NCBI GenBank assembly: GCA_049303675.1
Contig: JBAQNJ010000001.1
Coordinates: 472,711 to 536,710 of the forward strand
Direction: 5' to 3'
DNA: 64,000 nucleotides
DNA from: Microgenomates group bacterium
Lineage (GTDB): Bacteria > Patescibacteriota > Microgenomatia > UBA12405
In this document: positions 44,343-54,572 of the stretch, piece by piece
Layout of the letters: every line of letters starts with the position of its first letter
Position numbering within the stretch: position 1 is the first letter of the stretch
Notes under the pieces: model-generated
Database searches by the model: none
Told to the model about the DNA's origin: nothing
The model's input: only the letters and a program-made list of their open reading frames with translations
Translations under genes and position numbers: made by a program

Positions 44343-47300
44343 ATGTTTAAATTCAAAAGCATGACCGACTTCACTGGTCTTCAAATCAAGCTCTCGTCTC
44401 CCGCCGATATTTTATCTTGGTCCAACGGCGAAGTCCTCAAACCAGAGACCATTAACTATCGTAGTTGGCGTCCCGAAAAAGATGGACTTTTTTGCGAAAA
44501 AATCTTTGGACCATCACACGATTATGAATGTTATTGCGGTAAGTACAAAAAAATCCGATTCAAAGGCATAATTTGCGACAAGTGCGGTGTTGAGGTCACC
44601 ACCAGCAAAGTTCGTCGTGAACGCATGGGTCATATTGCTCTAGCTGCCCCTGTCACTCATCTTTGGTATCTACGCAATACTCCCTCACCCTTGAGTATTA
44701 TTCTCGATGTTCCTCAAAAAGATTTGGAGTCAGTTGTCTATTTCACCAAATATCTGATAACCTCCGTCGACAATGACCAGCGCAAAGAAGCCTTGGCCAA
44801 TTTAAGTGCCAATGCCAAATCCCGAGTTACTCAAATTGATATTGATACCAAAAAATTGGTTGCCGACAAAACCGAAGCTACCAATGAAGAGAAAAAGACT
44901 CTCAAGACTAAAATTAAAAATAAAGATCAGCTCTTAATCGCCACCGAAGAACGCGATGTTCGTCTCAAACAAGACATCCAAAAGTTGGAAAACAAAGCCA
45001 CCACGGAGAAGAATCGCATCGAAAGTTTAATCAAATTTTTGGAAGATAAGATTCGCTCTATTGAAATTCTCTCCACTCTCAGCGACGAGGAAAGCTTTTA
45101 TTTGTCCCAATTCAAGGCAGATATTTTCTATGTTGCCCGTATGGGTGCCGAGGCTATTGCCGAAGTCTTACTCAATCTCGATTTACCCAAAACAGTTGTC
45201 AATCTCAAGAAAGAATTAGCCAAGACCAGTAGCAAGATCAAGAAGAAGAAAATCATGTATAAAATCCGTATTCTCAACGGCATGATCGACAACGCCATTG
45301 AGCCATCATGGATGGTACTCAAAAATGTACCTGTCATTCCACCAGATTTACGACCTATGGTCCAATTAACAGGCGGTAGATTTGCTACCTCAGATTTAAA
45401 CGACTTATATCGTCGTCTGATTAATCGCAATAATCGTCTCAAGAAACTACTCAAATTGGGTGCCCCCGAAATTATTTTGCGCAACGAAAAACGCATGTTG
45501 CAGGAATCTGTCGATACTCTGATTGATGCCCAAAAAAGTTCCAAAAACAAGCGTAAATCTCAAAAAAGAGTTCCTCGAGCTCTCTCTGATTTGCTTCGCG
45601 GCAAAAAAGGACGTTTCCGTCGCAATTTGCTCGGTAAGCGCGTCGATTATTCCGGTCGTTCTGTTATCGTCGTTGGTCCAGATCTCAAGCTAAATCAGGT
45701 TGGTTTACCCAAGGAAATTGCTCTAGAAATTTATCGTCCCTTTGTCTTGCGCGAACTTATCGTCAGTGGACTAGCGGCCAACATCAAAAGTGCCAAAAAC
45801 CTCATTGACCATCGTGTTTCCGAGGTCTACGACATTCTCGAGAGAATCACCAAGGGTAGTTTTGTCCTCCTCAATCGTGCTCCCACTCTCCACAAGCTGT
45901 CTATCCAAGCCTTTAAACCAATTTTAACCGATGGTTTGGCAATTAGATTGCACCCTTGTATGTGTGCCGGCTTCAATGCCGACTTTGATGGAGACCAAAT
46001 GGGTGTCCACTTACCTCTATCAGTGGCATCGCTGCGTGAAGCCAAAACTTTGATGTTGCCCTCCCACAACCTACTCAAGCCCTCCGATGGTAGCCCTATT
46101 TCCATCCCAGGCCAAGAAATGGCAGTCGGTTGTTATTACGTCACCTCGATTCAGGTACAGGATCAAAAATTATTTGATCAAGATGGTTATGAAGGCCTCT
46201 CGATTTTTTCCGACAAAGATGAGGCACTTTTGGCCTATCAATCAGGAAAAATTACCCTCCGCCAATTAATCACCGTTCGTATTGAAGGGAAATTAATTAA
46301 AACAACTTATGGTCGTCTTTGGTTCAACACCATTGTCCCCAAGGAGTTTGGTTATATGAACGAAGCCATGGCCGGCAAGAAATCAGTCTCAGATCTGGTT
46401 ATTCGCACCATGGAACAAGTCGGCCGGATGCGAGCAGTCAAGCTAATCGATGATCTCAAAGATATTGGTTTTGCTGGTTTCACCCTCTCCGGTATTTCCC
46501 TGTCTATGGCTGATTGTGGCTATTTACCGGGTAAGGAAGGCATTATTAAGGCGGCTAATGCCCGCGTTGCTGAAATCGAAGACAATTTCAAAATGGGACT
46601 TATTAGTAATGACGAGAAAAAACGTCTCTCTCAGTCCGTCTGGATGGAAATAACCGAGGATATTGCGGAGAAAACTTGGGCTACCCTTGACTCTGATACT
46701 CCTATCAAGATCGTTGCTGCCGCCGGTATCAAGCGGGCTTCCAAAGATCAAATCAAACAGTTGTCAGGTATGCGCGGACTAATGGTTGATCCTATGGGTC
46801 ATATCGTCCCGCTTCCCACCAAGTCCAACTTTAGAGAAGGCTTGTCAGTCTTCGAGTACATTACCGGTGCCCGCGGTACCCGCAAAGGTTTGGCTGACAC
46901 CGCTCTGCGAACTGCTGATGCTGGTTACCTCACTCGTCGTTTAGTTGATGCCGCTCATACCTGTATCACTCGTGAAGAAGACTGTGGTACCACCAAATTT
47001 ATTACCATCAGCAAGACCGACAAAAATCGTGAACGTTACTTTGGCCGCCGTATTCTTGGACGTGTTTTGGCTACCGATGTCCTCGACTCCAAATCCAAAG
47101 TCATTTTGACCAAAGGTACTCTCTTGGACAATGACATGGTTACTACTATCGAGAAAAGCGATGCAGTCAGTGTCGATATTCGTTCACCTCTCACCTGCAA
47201 GGCTACCGTGGGTATTTGTAACCAATGCTATGGTTGGGATCTCAGCAACCGCAAAATGGTCCGCATTGGTGTCCCTGTGGGTGTGGTCGCCGCTCAATCA

Positions 47301-48095
47301 ATTGGTGAACCTGGTACTCAGCTCACTCTCCGTACCAAGCACACTGGAGGAGTCGTTGGTGTTGACGTTACCCAAGGTTTGCCCCGTATTCAGGAACTAT
47401 TTGAAGTTCGTATGCCCAAGATTCCTTCACCTCTCGCCGAAATTAGTGGCAAGGTCAAGGTCAAGGAAAATATTGATGGCTACGAGATTAAATTAACTGG
47501 CAAAGATGAGAATAAAGTCACCAAAAATATTACCTACCTCCTCCCCAGCAACGCTACCATTTTGGTGGCCGATGGCGACTTAGTTGCCCAGGGTGCCCAG
47601 TTATGTACTGGCTCACTTGATGTTCGCGAAATTATGGAAGTCAAGGGAATTGAGGCCGCTCAGAAATACTTGATTGATTCAATTCAATCGGTGTATGAAT
47701 CTCAGGGTATCTCGGTCCACGACAAGCACGTTGAGGTTATGGTCAAAGAGATGAGCGACAAAATCAAAATTGAAGACCCAGGTGATACCAATTTCCTCTA
47801 TGGTCAAATTGTCACCAAAGCTGTCTACAACTCTGAAAACGACAAAGCCAAAGCCAAGAACAAAGATGCCAAGCCCTCTCGCGGTAAGAAGATACTTTTG
47901 GGTCTGATCCAAGCCGCTTTGTCTACAGGCTCATGGCTTTCCGCCTCTTCCTTCCAGCAAACCACTTCAGTTTTGACCGAAGCATCCTTACTTGCCGAAG
48001 TCGACAACTTGATTGGTCTCAAGGAAAATGTTATTATCGGACGTCTCATCCCTGTCAACAGGAGACAAATTAAATTACAAAATGCCAACCTCTAA
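44343..48095 (+). CDS. rpoC: DNA-directed RNA polymerase subunit beta'
   Basis: Zinc-finger [20 protein letters not shown], catalytic NADFDGDQM and the trigger-loop region. 1250 aa. Confidence 0.97.
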   Translation: MFKFKSMTDFTGLQIKLSSPADILSWSNGEVLKPETINYRSWRPEKDGLFCEKIFGPSHDYECYCGKYKKIRFKGIICDKCGVEVTTSKVRRERMGHIALAAPVTHLWYLRNTPSPLSIILDVPQKDLESVVYFTKYLITSVDNDQRKEALANLSANAKSRVTQIDIDTKKLVADKTEATNEEKKTLKTKIKNKDQLLIATEERDVRLKQDIQKLENKATTEKNRIESLIKFLEDKIRSIEILSTLSDEESFYLSQFKADIFYVARMGAEAIAEVLLNLDLPKTVVNLKKELAKTSSKIKKKKIMYKIRILNGMIDNAIEPSWMVLKNVPVIPPDLRPMVQLTGGRFATSDLNDLYRRLINRNNRLKKLLKLGAPEIILRNEKRMLQESVDTLIDAQKSSKNKRKSQKRVPRALSDLLRGKKGRFRRNLLGKRVDYSGRSVIVVGPDLKLNQVGLPKEIALEIYRPFVLRELIVSGLAANIKSAKNLIDHRVSEVYDILERITKGSFVLLNRAPTLHKLSIQAFKPILTDGLAIRLHPCMCAGFNADFDGDQMGVHLPLSVASLREAKTLMLPSHNLLKPSDGSPISIPGQEMAVGCYYVTSIQVQDQKLFDQDGYEGLSIFSDKDEALLAYQSGKITLRQLITVRIEGKLIKTTYGRLWFNTIVPKEFGYMNEAMAGKKSVSDLVIRTMEQVGRMRAVKLIDDLKDIGFAGFTLSGISLSMADCGYLPGKEGIIKAANARVAEIEDNFKMGLISNDEKKRLSQSVWMEITEDIAEKTWATLDSDTPIKIVAAAGIKRASKDQIKQLSGMRGLMVDPMGHIVPLPTKSNFREGLSVFEYITGARGTRKGLADTALRTADAGYLTRRLVDAAHTCITREEDCGTTKFITISKTDKNRERYFGRRILGRVLATDVLDSKSKVILTKGTLLDNDMVTTIEKSDAVSVDIRSPLTCKATVGICNQCYGWDLSNRKMVRIGVPVGVVAAQSIGEPGTQLTLRTKHTGGVVGVDVTQGLPRIQELFEVRMPKIPSPLAEISGKVKVKENIDGYEIKLTGKDENKVTKNITYLLPSNATILVADGDLVAQGAQLCTGSLDVREIMEVKGIEAAQKYLIDSIQSVYESQGISVHDKHVEVMVKEMSDKIKIEDPGDTNFLYGQIVTKAVYNSENDKAKAKNKDAKPSRGKKILLGLIQAALSTGSWLSASSFQQTTSVLTEASLLAEVDNLIGLKENVIIGRLIPVNRRQIKLQNANL

Positions 48096-48504
48096 TCAAC
48101 TAATCAGAAAAGGCCGCAAGGTCCGTAGTATCAAGCTAAAGGCTGGTGCTCTACGCAACAACTTCAACAGTATCAAAAATCGTACTGTCAAAAGTTTCAA
48201 TCCCTTCAAAAAAGGGGTGGTTACTGTGGTCAAGACCATGACTCCCAAAAAGCCTCATTCTGCTCTTCGTAAAGTGGCTAGGATCAAGCTTAGTAACCAC
48301 ACCACGGTTACTGCTTATATCCCTGGGATTGGCCACAATTTGGCCGAGCATGGTATCGTCGCTATCCGCGGCGGACGTGTCCGAGATTTACCCGGTATTC
48401 GTTATCATGTTCTCCGTGGTAAGTTTGATGCCTCAGGTGTTACAGGCCGACTCCAGTCTCGCTCCAAATATGGCGCCAAGCGTCCCGCCAAAACCGCCGC
48501 TTAA
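48082..48504 (+). CDS. rpsL: 30S ribosomal protein S12
   Basis: [13 protein letters not shown]...KSFNPFKKG...[16 protein letters not shown]...[23 protein letters not shown]. The start at 48082 overlaps the rpoC stop by 14 nt. Confidence 0.9.
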   Translation: MPTSNQLIRKGRKVRSIKLKAGALRNNFNSIKNRTVKSFNPFKKGVVTVVKTMTPKKPHSALRKVARIKLSNHTTVTAYIPGIGHNLAEHGIVAIRGGRVRDLPGIRYHVLRGKFDASGVTGRLQSRSKYGAKRPAKTAA

Positions 48505-48545
48505 CTTTATTAACTTTTAACTTTATAAACTTTACAAACTAAATT
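48502..48545 (+). repeat. AACTTT-type short tandem repeats filling the rpsL-rpsG spacer
   Basis: TAACTTTAT TAACTTT TAACTTTATA AACTTTACA AACTAAATT, with a period of about 7-9 nt, ending at the rpsG ATG. Confidence 0.4.
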
Positions 48546-49028
48546 ATGTCACGCAAAGGTCAAAGTAAACCCAGAGTCGTCGCTCCCGACACCCTCTACA
48601 ACAGTATTACCGTCAGTAAAATAATAAATTACTGCATGATTGGAGGCAAAAAATCTGCCGCTACTACCGAGATTTATCGGGCTATGGAAATTTTGCAAAA
48701 AGAAACCAAGTCAGATGATGTCGTCACTACTCTCGAACAAGCTCTGGATAATATCAAGCCCAAAGTCGAAGTCCGTCCCAAGAGAATTGGTGGCGCTGTT
48801 TATCAGGTCCCCACTCCAGTCCGTGGCAATCGCCAATCGTCCCTCGCTGTCCGCTGGCTGATTACTGCTTCACGGGCTCTACCCAACAAGCAATATCACT
48901 TCTTTGGTCAAAAAGTTGCCGTCGAATTATTGGCAGCTCTCAAAAACGAGGGATCATCTGTCAACAAGCGTGCCGAAGTCGAACGTATGGCCGAGGCCAA
49001 CAAAGCCTTTTCCCATATGAGGTGGTAG
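48546..49028 (+). CDS. rpsG: 30S ribosomal protein S7
   Basis: 160 aa, canonical S7 (...PKVEVRPKRIGGAVYQVPTPVRGNRQSSLAVRWLI...). Confidence 0.9.
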   Translation: MSRKGQSKPRVVAPDTLYNSITVSKIINYCMIGGKKSAATTEIYRAMEILQKETKSDDVVTTLEQALDNIKPKVEVRPKRIGGAVYQVPTPVRGNRQSSLAVRWLITASRALPNKQYHFFGQKVAVELLAALKNEGSSVNKRAEVERMAEANKAFSHMRW

Positions 49029-49063
49029 TGGAAACTATCCTATAGTTGTGATATACTATCACT

Positions 49064-49495
49064 ATGAAATTTTCCCTTGATACGAGTCTTCAAAGAGGTT
49101 ATTACGCGGTTCTAATTCAGACTGCTGAAGCTCTTAATACCAAATTAACAGAACTAAACTCTCGTAAATTTCCTATAGAAAATGTAACTTTAGATCTAAA
49201 TGATGGTTATAAAGTTAGTTTTGAGACTGGAGATAAAAAGCTTGCCAATTCCATTGAAACAGCGATGAAAACAGCAGCAAGTGTCGGCCAATTACTTACC
49301 AGTTACCAATGTGAACAGATATCTGGTCGAACAATCCACCAGAATGACGGCGAAATACGACCTCCTGTCACCAATGAAGAAATTGCTGCCCGTATAAAAA
49401 GTTGTGTTTCAACTACAATCGACAGAGAAATTGGTACTGGGTATACTGCTAGGCTAAAAAGTCAGGCCAGAAATTCACTTAGTAGAATTAAATAA
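49064..49495 (+). CDS. hypothetical protein (143 aa)
   Basis: ORF only; first gene of the insertion between rpsG and fusA. Confidence 0.45.
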   Translation: MKFSLDTSLQRGYYAVLIQTAEALNTKLTELNSRKFPIENVTLDLNDGYKVSFETGDKKLANSIETAMKTAASVGQLLTSYQCEQISGRTIHQNDGEIRPPVTNEEIAARIKSCVSTTIDREIGTGYTARLKSQARNSLSRIK

Positions 49496-49553
49496 TATTT
49501 CTTTGTTTACTTTTTAAGTTTAGTATTTTTCTTGGTTGTGCTAACATTAATCA

Positions 49554-50960
49554 ATGTCATTGTTTAGTAAACCACGCGTCGTTATCTGGCCCAGGGTCAA
49601 TAGTCTTAGTCTTTATTTTGACAGATCCGAAAACAATATTTTTTCCCTCGATGTTTGTTTGTGGAAACCACTTTCCGAGTCCGACACTGCCGCCTTCAAA
49701 GGGCTGATCAAAGAGCAGGGGATCGACACCGCCACGGTTCTCGTCCCCGATGATGTTGTTTTCACCAAATCATTTATCTACGATTCCGAAATCACAGAAA
49801 TCGACAAAAACGAAGTCATTGGCCTAGCCAAGAGTTTTATTACCTTCAAAATTAGCCCCGAATCAATCGACTACAATTTAGTCCAAGCGTCCGGCAAAAC
49901 TATTATTCAGGCTCGTATTTTCGATCAGTCAAAATTCTCAGTTCTCCAAACAAATCTCAGCCTTTTAGGAATCAACTTATCCTTTGAGTCTGTCTCTCAA
50001 TCTATTGCCAATCTCATTTCTCACAATTTTACCGATCAGTATTTTCTCATTTATCCCCACGATACCAACGAATATTTATTGATGCTGGCTGCTGGCAGCT
50101 CAGTTTATCTGACCAATATTATCAAGGGCAAGGATTTAGAAATCCAAAAAATAATCAATTACTCCAAGCTATATTTTCCCGACATTGTTACCAAAATATT
50201 TACCCCCTCGGATATCACCGCCGAGATTATTGCCACTACCAAACTCGACAAATTACCCTATAACCAGTCAGTCCTTGCCACCGATTTCAAAAAAACTTCC
50301 AACCTGCCTCTGCCAGTTACCGGAATCCTTGTCTCAAAACCAGTTCCACCTGCTATAATCAATTCTATAGATACAAATTCACCAACCCCTACTATGGAAA
50401 ACAAAAAAAATATTCTCCCTTTTATTGCCGTCTTTGTCATTACCGCCGCTCTCGCCTCAATTATTATCTATTTTGTCCTCAACAAAAATACTTCTGCCCC
50501 GGAAACACCAGTAGTTACCGATATTACTCCCACAATTGAAGTTCCCACTTCTACCCCAGTTCCTACTTTAGCTGAAATTAGCAAAAAGATAAAACTTCAG
50601 GTCCTCAATGCCACCGAAATCAATGGTCAGGCCGCGGTTCTCAAGGAAAAATTAGTCAATCTAGGATTTACGAGTGTGACAGTTGGTAACAGTAAAGACA
50701 AATTAACTGAGAACAAACTCCAAATCAAAGCCTCAATCACTGGCGCTGATTCATATTTCACCCAACAATTGGCTGGATTCTTTGATGTCGTCCCTACCAT
50801 GGATTTACCCGAGACATCCACCTATGATGCCGTCTTTTCTATTGGCGTCAAATTGGTTGCCCTTACCGCCGAGGCTAGTCCTACCGCCAAGGTGACTACT
50901 GCTGCCACCTCTGCTACTCCCACCGCCAAGGCGAGTGGTACCGCCACCCCAACCGAATAA
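49554..50960 (+). CDS. membrane protein with a PilM-like N-domain, a TM helix and a C-terminal LytR_C (LCP-associated) domain
   Basis: TM helix ILPFIAVFVITAALASIIIYFV. The C-terminal LQVLNATEINGQAAVLKEKLVNLGFTSVTVGNS....ASITGADSYFTQQLAGFF matches the LytR C-terminal domain pattern. Confidence 0.45.
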   Translation: MSLFSKPRVVIWPRVNSLSLYFDRSENNIFSLDVCLWKPLSESDTAAFKGLIKEQGIDTATVLVPDDVVFTKSFIYDSEITEIDKNEVIGLAKSFITFKISPESIDYNLVQASGKTIIQARIFDQSKFSVLQTNLSLLGINLSFESVSQSIANLISHNFTDQYFLIYPHDTNEYLLMLAAGSSVYLTNIIKGKDLEIQKIINYSKLYFPDIVTKIFTPSDITAEIIATTKLDKLPYNQSVLATDFKKTSNLPLPVTGILVSKPVPPAIINSIDTNSPTPTMENKKNILPFIAVFVITAALASIIIYFVLNKNTSAPETPVVTDITPTIEVPTSTPVPTLAEISKKIKLQVLNATEINGQAAVLKEKLVNLGFTSVTVGNSKDKLTENKLQIKASITGADSYFTQQLAGFFDVVPTMDLPETSTYDAVFSIGVKLVALTAEASPTAKVTTAATSATPTAKASGTATPTE

Positions 50961-50964
50961 AATT

Positions 50965-51693
50965 ATGAAAGGTATCGTATTATCAGGAGGCAAAGCCACT
51001 AGACTACGTCCACTTACTTGGGTTATTAGTAAGCAGCTATTGCCGGTTTACGATAAACCCATGGTTTTTTATCCTATTGAAACTTTAGTCAAGGCCAATA
51101 TTAGAGATATTCTAGTTATAGTCTCGCCCGAAAATTCAGGAATGTTTTTAAATTTGCTTGGAGACGGGAGTCAATTTGGAGTCAAGCTCAGCTATACCGT
51201 TCAAAAAGAGCCACGTGGGTTGGCGGACGCATTTATAGTCGGTGAAAATTTTATAGGTAACGATTCTGTAACTATGATTTTAGGTGATAATATTTTCGAA
51301 GAGGATTTCTCAGAACATATAAACAACTTTAAATCTGGTGCTCAAATATATATCAAAGAGTACGATGAACCTCGGAGATTAGGAGTCGTAGAAATCGACA
51401 GTCATGGAAATGTTCTCTCAATTGAAGAAAAGCCTGTAAATCCAAAAAGTAACTTTGTTTCTGTCGGGTTGTACACTTATGACAACCGCGTAGTAGAAAT
51501 TGCCAAAAGTTTGACTCCATCTGCTAGAGGAGAACTTGAGATAAGCGGTGACCCAAGCATAAACAACACCTATTTGCAGATGGGTGAAATAAAGGCAATA
51601 AAATTTAATAGTTATTGGCAGGATGCTGGTACATTTGATTCACTATTGGATGCAGGAAATTATATGTTTGCAAAATCAAAAAATATATTATGA
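50965..51693 (+). CDS. rfbA: glucose-1-phosphate thymidylyltransferase (RmlA/RfbA-like sugar nucleotidyltransferase, short form)
   Basis: MKGIVLSGGKATRLRPLT N-terminal signature of sugar-phosphate nucleotidyltransferases. Start taken at the ATG at 50965, after the upstream stop. Confidence 0.75.
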   Translation: MKGIVLSGGKATRLRPLTWVISKQLLPVYDKPMVFYPIETLVKANIRDILVIVSPENSGMFLNLLGDGSQFGVKLSYTVQKEPRGLADAFIVGENFIGNDSVTMILGDNIFEEDFSEHINNFKSGAQIYIKEYDEPRRLGVVEIDSHGNVLSIEEKPVNPKSNFVSVGLYTYDNRVVEIAKSLTPSARGELEISGDPSINNTYLQMGEIKAIKFNSYWQDAGTFDSLLDAGNYMFAKSKNIL

Positions 51694-52709
51694 AACTACT
51701 AGTCACAGGCGGGTGTGGATTTATTGGCTGTAATTTTATTAAATATTGGTTTGAATCACACCCAAATGATTCTATTGTAAATTTAGATAAACTAACATAT
51801 GCAGCCAATCCCAAGAGTTTATATGAATTTAAAAGTAATCCAAACTATACTTTTATACAGGGTGATATTTTAGACACAAATCTACTAGATCGAATCATGC
51901 CAGGAATCGAACTAATTGTTCATTTTGCCGCCGAATCTCACGTCGACCGCTCTATCGATGATCCTCTATTGTTTGTCAAGTCAAATGTTCTTGGTACCTA
52001 CACCCTCCTCAATGCCGCCAGAAAACACGGCAATATCCGCTTTCACCATATTTCAACCGACGAAGTTTTTGGCTCGATACCTTTTGGCTCAACCTCTGAA
52101 TTCTCCGAAGTTACCCCATATGACCCTTCTTCACCTTATTCATCATCGAAGGCGTCCTCAGATCACTTTGTACGATCTTTCTGTAAGACATTTGGACTTC
52201 CTATTACTATCTCTAACTGTTCTAACAACTATGGACCATATCAACATCCAGAAAAAATGATACCTAGAATGATTACAAATTTGATAGATAATTACAAAGT
52301 TCCTGTTTATGGCGAAGGAAAAAATTTTCGAGACTGGATTTATGTTGTCGATCATTGCCGTGCTATTGAGGCAATTATAAACAAGGGTATTATTGGCGAA
52401 ACTTATTGTGTTGGAGGACTCAAGGAAACTTCCAAAAATATAGATTTGGTTCATCAGGTTATCAAATTAATGGGTAAATCCAACGACCAGCTGGAATTTG
52501 TCACCGATCGTCCTTCACACGACAATTATGCGGTCAGCTGGGACAAAATCAACAAAGAACTAGGATGGGTACCTCAGGAAACTCTTGAATCTGGACTCAA
52601 AAAAACTATTGATTGGTATATCCAAAACGAATCTTGGTGGCGCGCCTCCAAAGCCGACGCCGAAGAGTTTTATGTTAAACTGAACAATTATAAAAATATA
52701 AACAAATAA
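51690..52709 (+). CDS. rfbB: dTDP-glucose 4,6-dehydratase
   Basis: MKLLVTGGCGFIGCNFIKY Rossmann motif, YSSSKASSDHFVRSF (catalytic YxxxK), and HPEKMIPRMI. Confidence 0.88.
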   Translation: MKLLVTGGCGFIGCNFIKYWFESHPNDSIVNLDKLTYAANPKSLYEFKSNPNYTFIQGDILDTNLLDRIMPGIELIVHFAAESHVDRSIDDPLLFVKSNVLGTYTLLNAARKHGNIRFHHISTDEVFGSIPFGSTSEFSEVTPYDPSSPYSSSKASSDHFVRSFCKTFGLPITISNCSNNYGPYQHPEKMIPRMITNLIDNYKVPVYGEGKNFRDWIYVVDHCRAIEAIINKGIIGETYCVGGLKETSKNIDLVHQVIKLMGKSNDQLEFVTDRPSHDNYAVSWDKINKELGWVPQETLESGLKKTIDWYIQNESWWRASKADAEEFYVKLNNYKNINK

Positions 52710-53663
52710 ATGAGCGATAAAATTTTAATCTTCGGTAATGGACAGATTGGTCATTTTTATTTAGATTTCTTTGGCAAACAGGGGATAGAATCCAAAATTG
52801 CAGTTGGTGTCGACATTACTCAAAAAGATCAAATCGAACAAGTAGTCGCCGAATATGCTCCGACTGTAGTTATCAACACTGCCGCCAAGACCAGTCTCGA
52901 ATGGTGCACTCTCAATCGCCTTGAAACTTTCAATATCAATGTTCTTGGTGCCGACAATATCGCTCAGGTTTGTGATGTCAACAAAATTTATTTTATTCAT
53001 TTCTCATCTGGCTGTATTTTTGAGAGTAAAGACGAGAACGATGTCAAGTTAGAGACCACTATCCCCAACCCTGCCGCTTTTTACAGCTGGTCCAAGGTCT
53101 GGGCTGAACAGCTAATTCCTTGCTACAAATCTGCCGATTTCAAATGTCTTATCCTTCGTCCACGTCAGCCAGTTTCTGCCCAGGTTTCCCACAAAAACAT
53201 GTTGATTAAATTGTTAACCTACACTCAGTTTATCGACACTGCTAATGCTGGTACAGTTATCGAGGATTTAATGAATTGGACCAAGATACTAATTGAACAG
53301 CGTTACACTGGAGTTCTCCATGTCGCCAACGAGGGTTGGAGCACTCCCTACAGAATTGCTCAATTGCTCCAGAAACATGTCTTGCCAAGTTTGCCTATCG
53401 AGAAAATTACCAAGGCCAAGCTCGATACCATCACTCCCAACAAGCGTGTCGATACTATTCTCAATATTAATAAATTAAAAGCCATTCCAGGGATCGTCGT
53501 CGAATCTTTTGAGAAGAGACTTGAAGAAATCATTATCGAGTTGGCCACCAATCTCAAAACCGCCGACAAAGATTTAGTCAATGAGACTCTCAATTCCACT
53601 GCCGAGTCGAGTAAGCAGCGTGCCGTCACCAATGATGCATGGAAGACATTACTTCGCCAGTAG
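52710..53663 (+). CDS. rfbD: dTDP-4-dehydrorhamnose reductase-like SDR (RmlD family)
   Basis: ILIFGNGQIGHF Rossmann motif, VINTAAKTSLEWCT, and YSWSKVWAEQ (YxxxK). Confidence 0.65.
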   Translation: MSDKILIFGNGQIGHFYLDFFGKQGIESKIAVGVDITQKDQIEQVVAEYAPTVVINTAAKTSLEWCTLNRLETFNINVLGADNIAQVCDVNKIYFIHFSSGCIFESKDENDVKLETTIPNPAAFYSWSKVWAEQLIPCYKSADFKCLILRPRQPVSAQVSHKNMLIKLLTYTQFIDTANAGTVIEDLMNWTKILIEQRYTGVLHVANEGWSTPYRIAQLLQKHVLPSLPIEKITKAKLDTITPNKRVDTILNINKLKAIPGIVVESFEKRLEEIIIELATNLKTADKDLVNETLNSTAESSKQRAVTNDAWKTLLRQ

Positions 53664-53846
53664 TATCTTTGCTAACTCTTTCCACGACCATACACCGGTA
53701 ATGCCAGCAGGCACTTCATCATTTTTATTGTATTCCCAAGAGAATAAATATAAGTGAGGGATCTTACCAATTAACAGATACTCGCCAACTTATGAATACT
53801 ATCTATAGCTCCGGTAACTGGATTCACGTTCATGGATAACTCTGTT

Positions 53847-54287
53847 TCATACAACTTTTACTAGTTCTTGGTATTGAAATTCAGTCAATTTATAATGATC
53901 TACGGCAGTGTCGCGTTTTGAATTCTCCCTTGTCATTATGTAACCATATTCTGGCAGAGACAAATCAGTCTTAAGTTTTCTTGGATCACTAATCACTCCG
54001 CCAAAGTCAAGGCAAAATCGAGTTATATTTTTCATCTATAGTTTGACAATGTCCAAAGCTTGTAATCTCCCAAATATTGCCAATAAAAACGAATCAGCCA
54101 CCGACCCGAAAAATTCATAAAACTTATCAATTGGGATAATCTCAATCATAAAACTATATCCTTTATCGTCAATAGTTTTACCACCATGTTGGCATAAAAA
54201 TATTGTGTTTAACTCAAAACACGGCTTTTGCAGAATATGCTCTGTTACCCGAGTTAAAGAATTATCAGTCATATACACTGGATTCAT
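53847..54287 (-). pseudogene. cupin-fold sugar-nucleotide isomerase/epimerase-like gene (FdtA/WxcM- or RmlC-like) interrupted by an in-frame TAG
   Basis: Two same-frame ORFs (54287..54036 and 54035..53847) are separated only by TAG at 54036-54038 (...IVKL*MKNITRF...). There is weak similarity to dTDP-sugar 3,4-isomerase cupins (IFLCQHGGKTIDDKG vs VLVCLNGSCRVILDDG). The 3' flank (53664-53846) carries stops in all frames. Confidence 0.3.
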
Positions 54288-54559
54288 TTGATCTTAGTGA
54301 ATTTGATATTATTGGGGTCACCGATTATATGGACGCACTCCTTACTGAAATATCAAGTAATTTAAAAGTTCAAACCGACTCATGTCCAAAGAGACTTAAC
54401 TGTTATCGCGGCAATCGAACCATAAAAGTCTCCAATTCATTTATCGCTAGATTCAAGGAATTTCATTCACAAGACTATCAGATTTACGAAATGGTCAAAA
54501 AACAAAAAGTATATCGAGGTAATAGCTACAGTAGTAAATTAACAGCAAAAATGATATAA
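54203..54559 (+). CDS. hypothetical protein (118 aa; overlaps the antisense pseudogene, so doubtful)
   Basis: ORF only. Confidence 0.25.
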   Translation: MCLTQNTAFAEYALLPELKNYQSYTLDSFDLSEFDIIGVTDYMDALLTEISSNLKVQTDSCPKRLNCYRGNRTIKVSNSFIARFKEFHSQDYQIYEMVKKQKVYRGNSYSSKLTAKMI

Positions 54560-54572
54560 TATAGGCCAAAAT

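Noticed and set aside
53847-54287. In-frame TAG interpreted as stop-codon reassignment
   Set aside because: TAG terminates rmuC and the PIN gene normally, and TGA terminates ftsK and mltG, so the standard code applies. A nonsense mutation or pseudogene is more parsimonious, although a sequencing error cannot be excluded.
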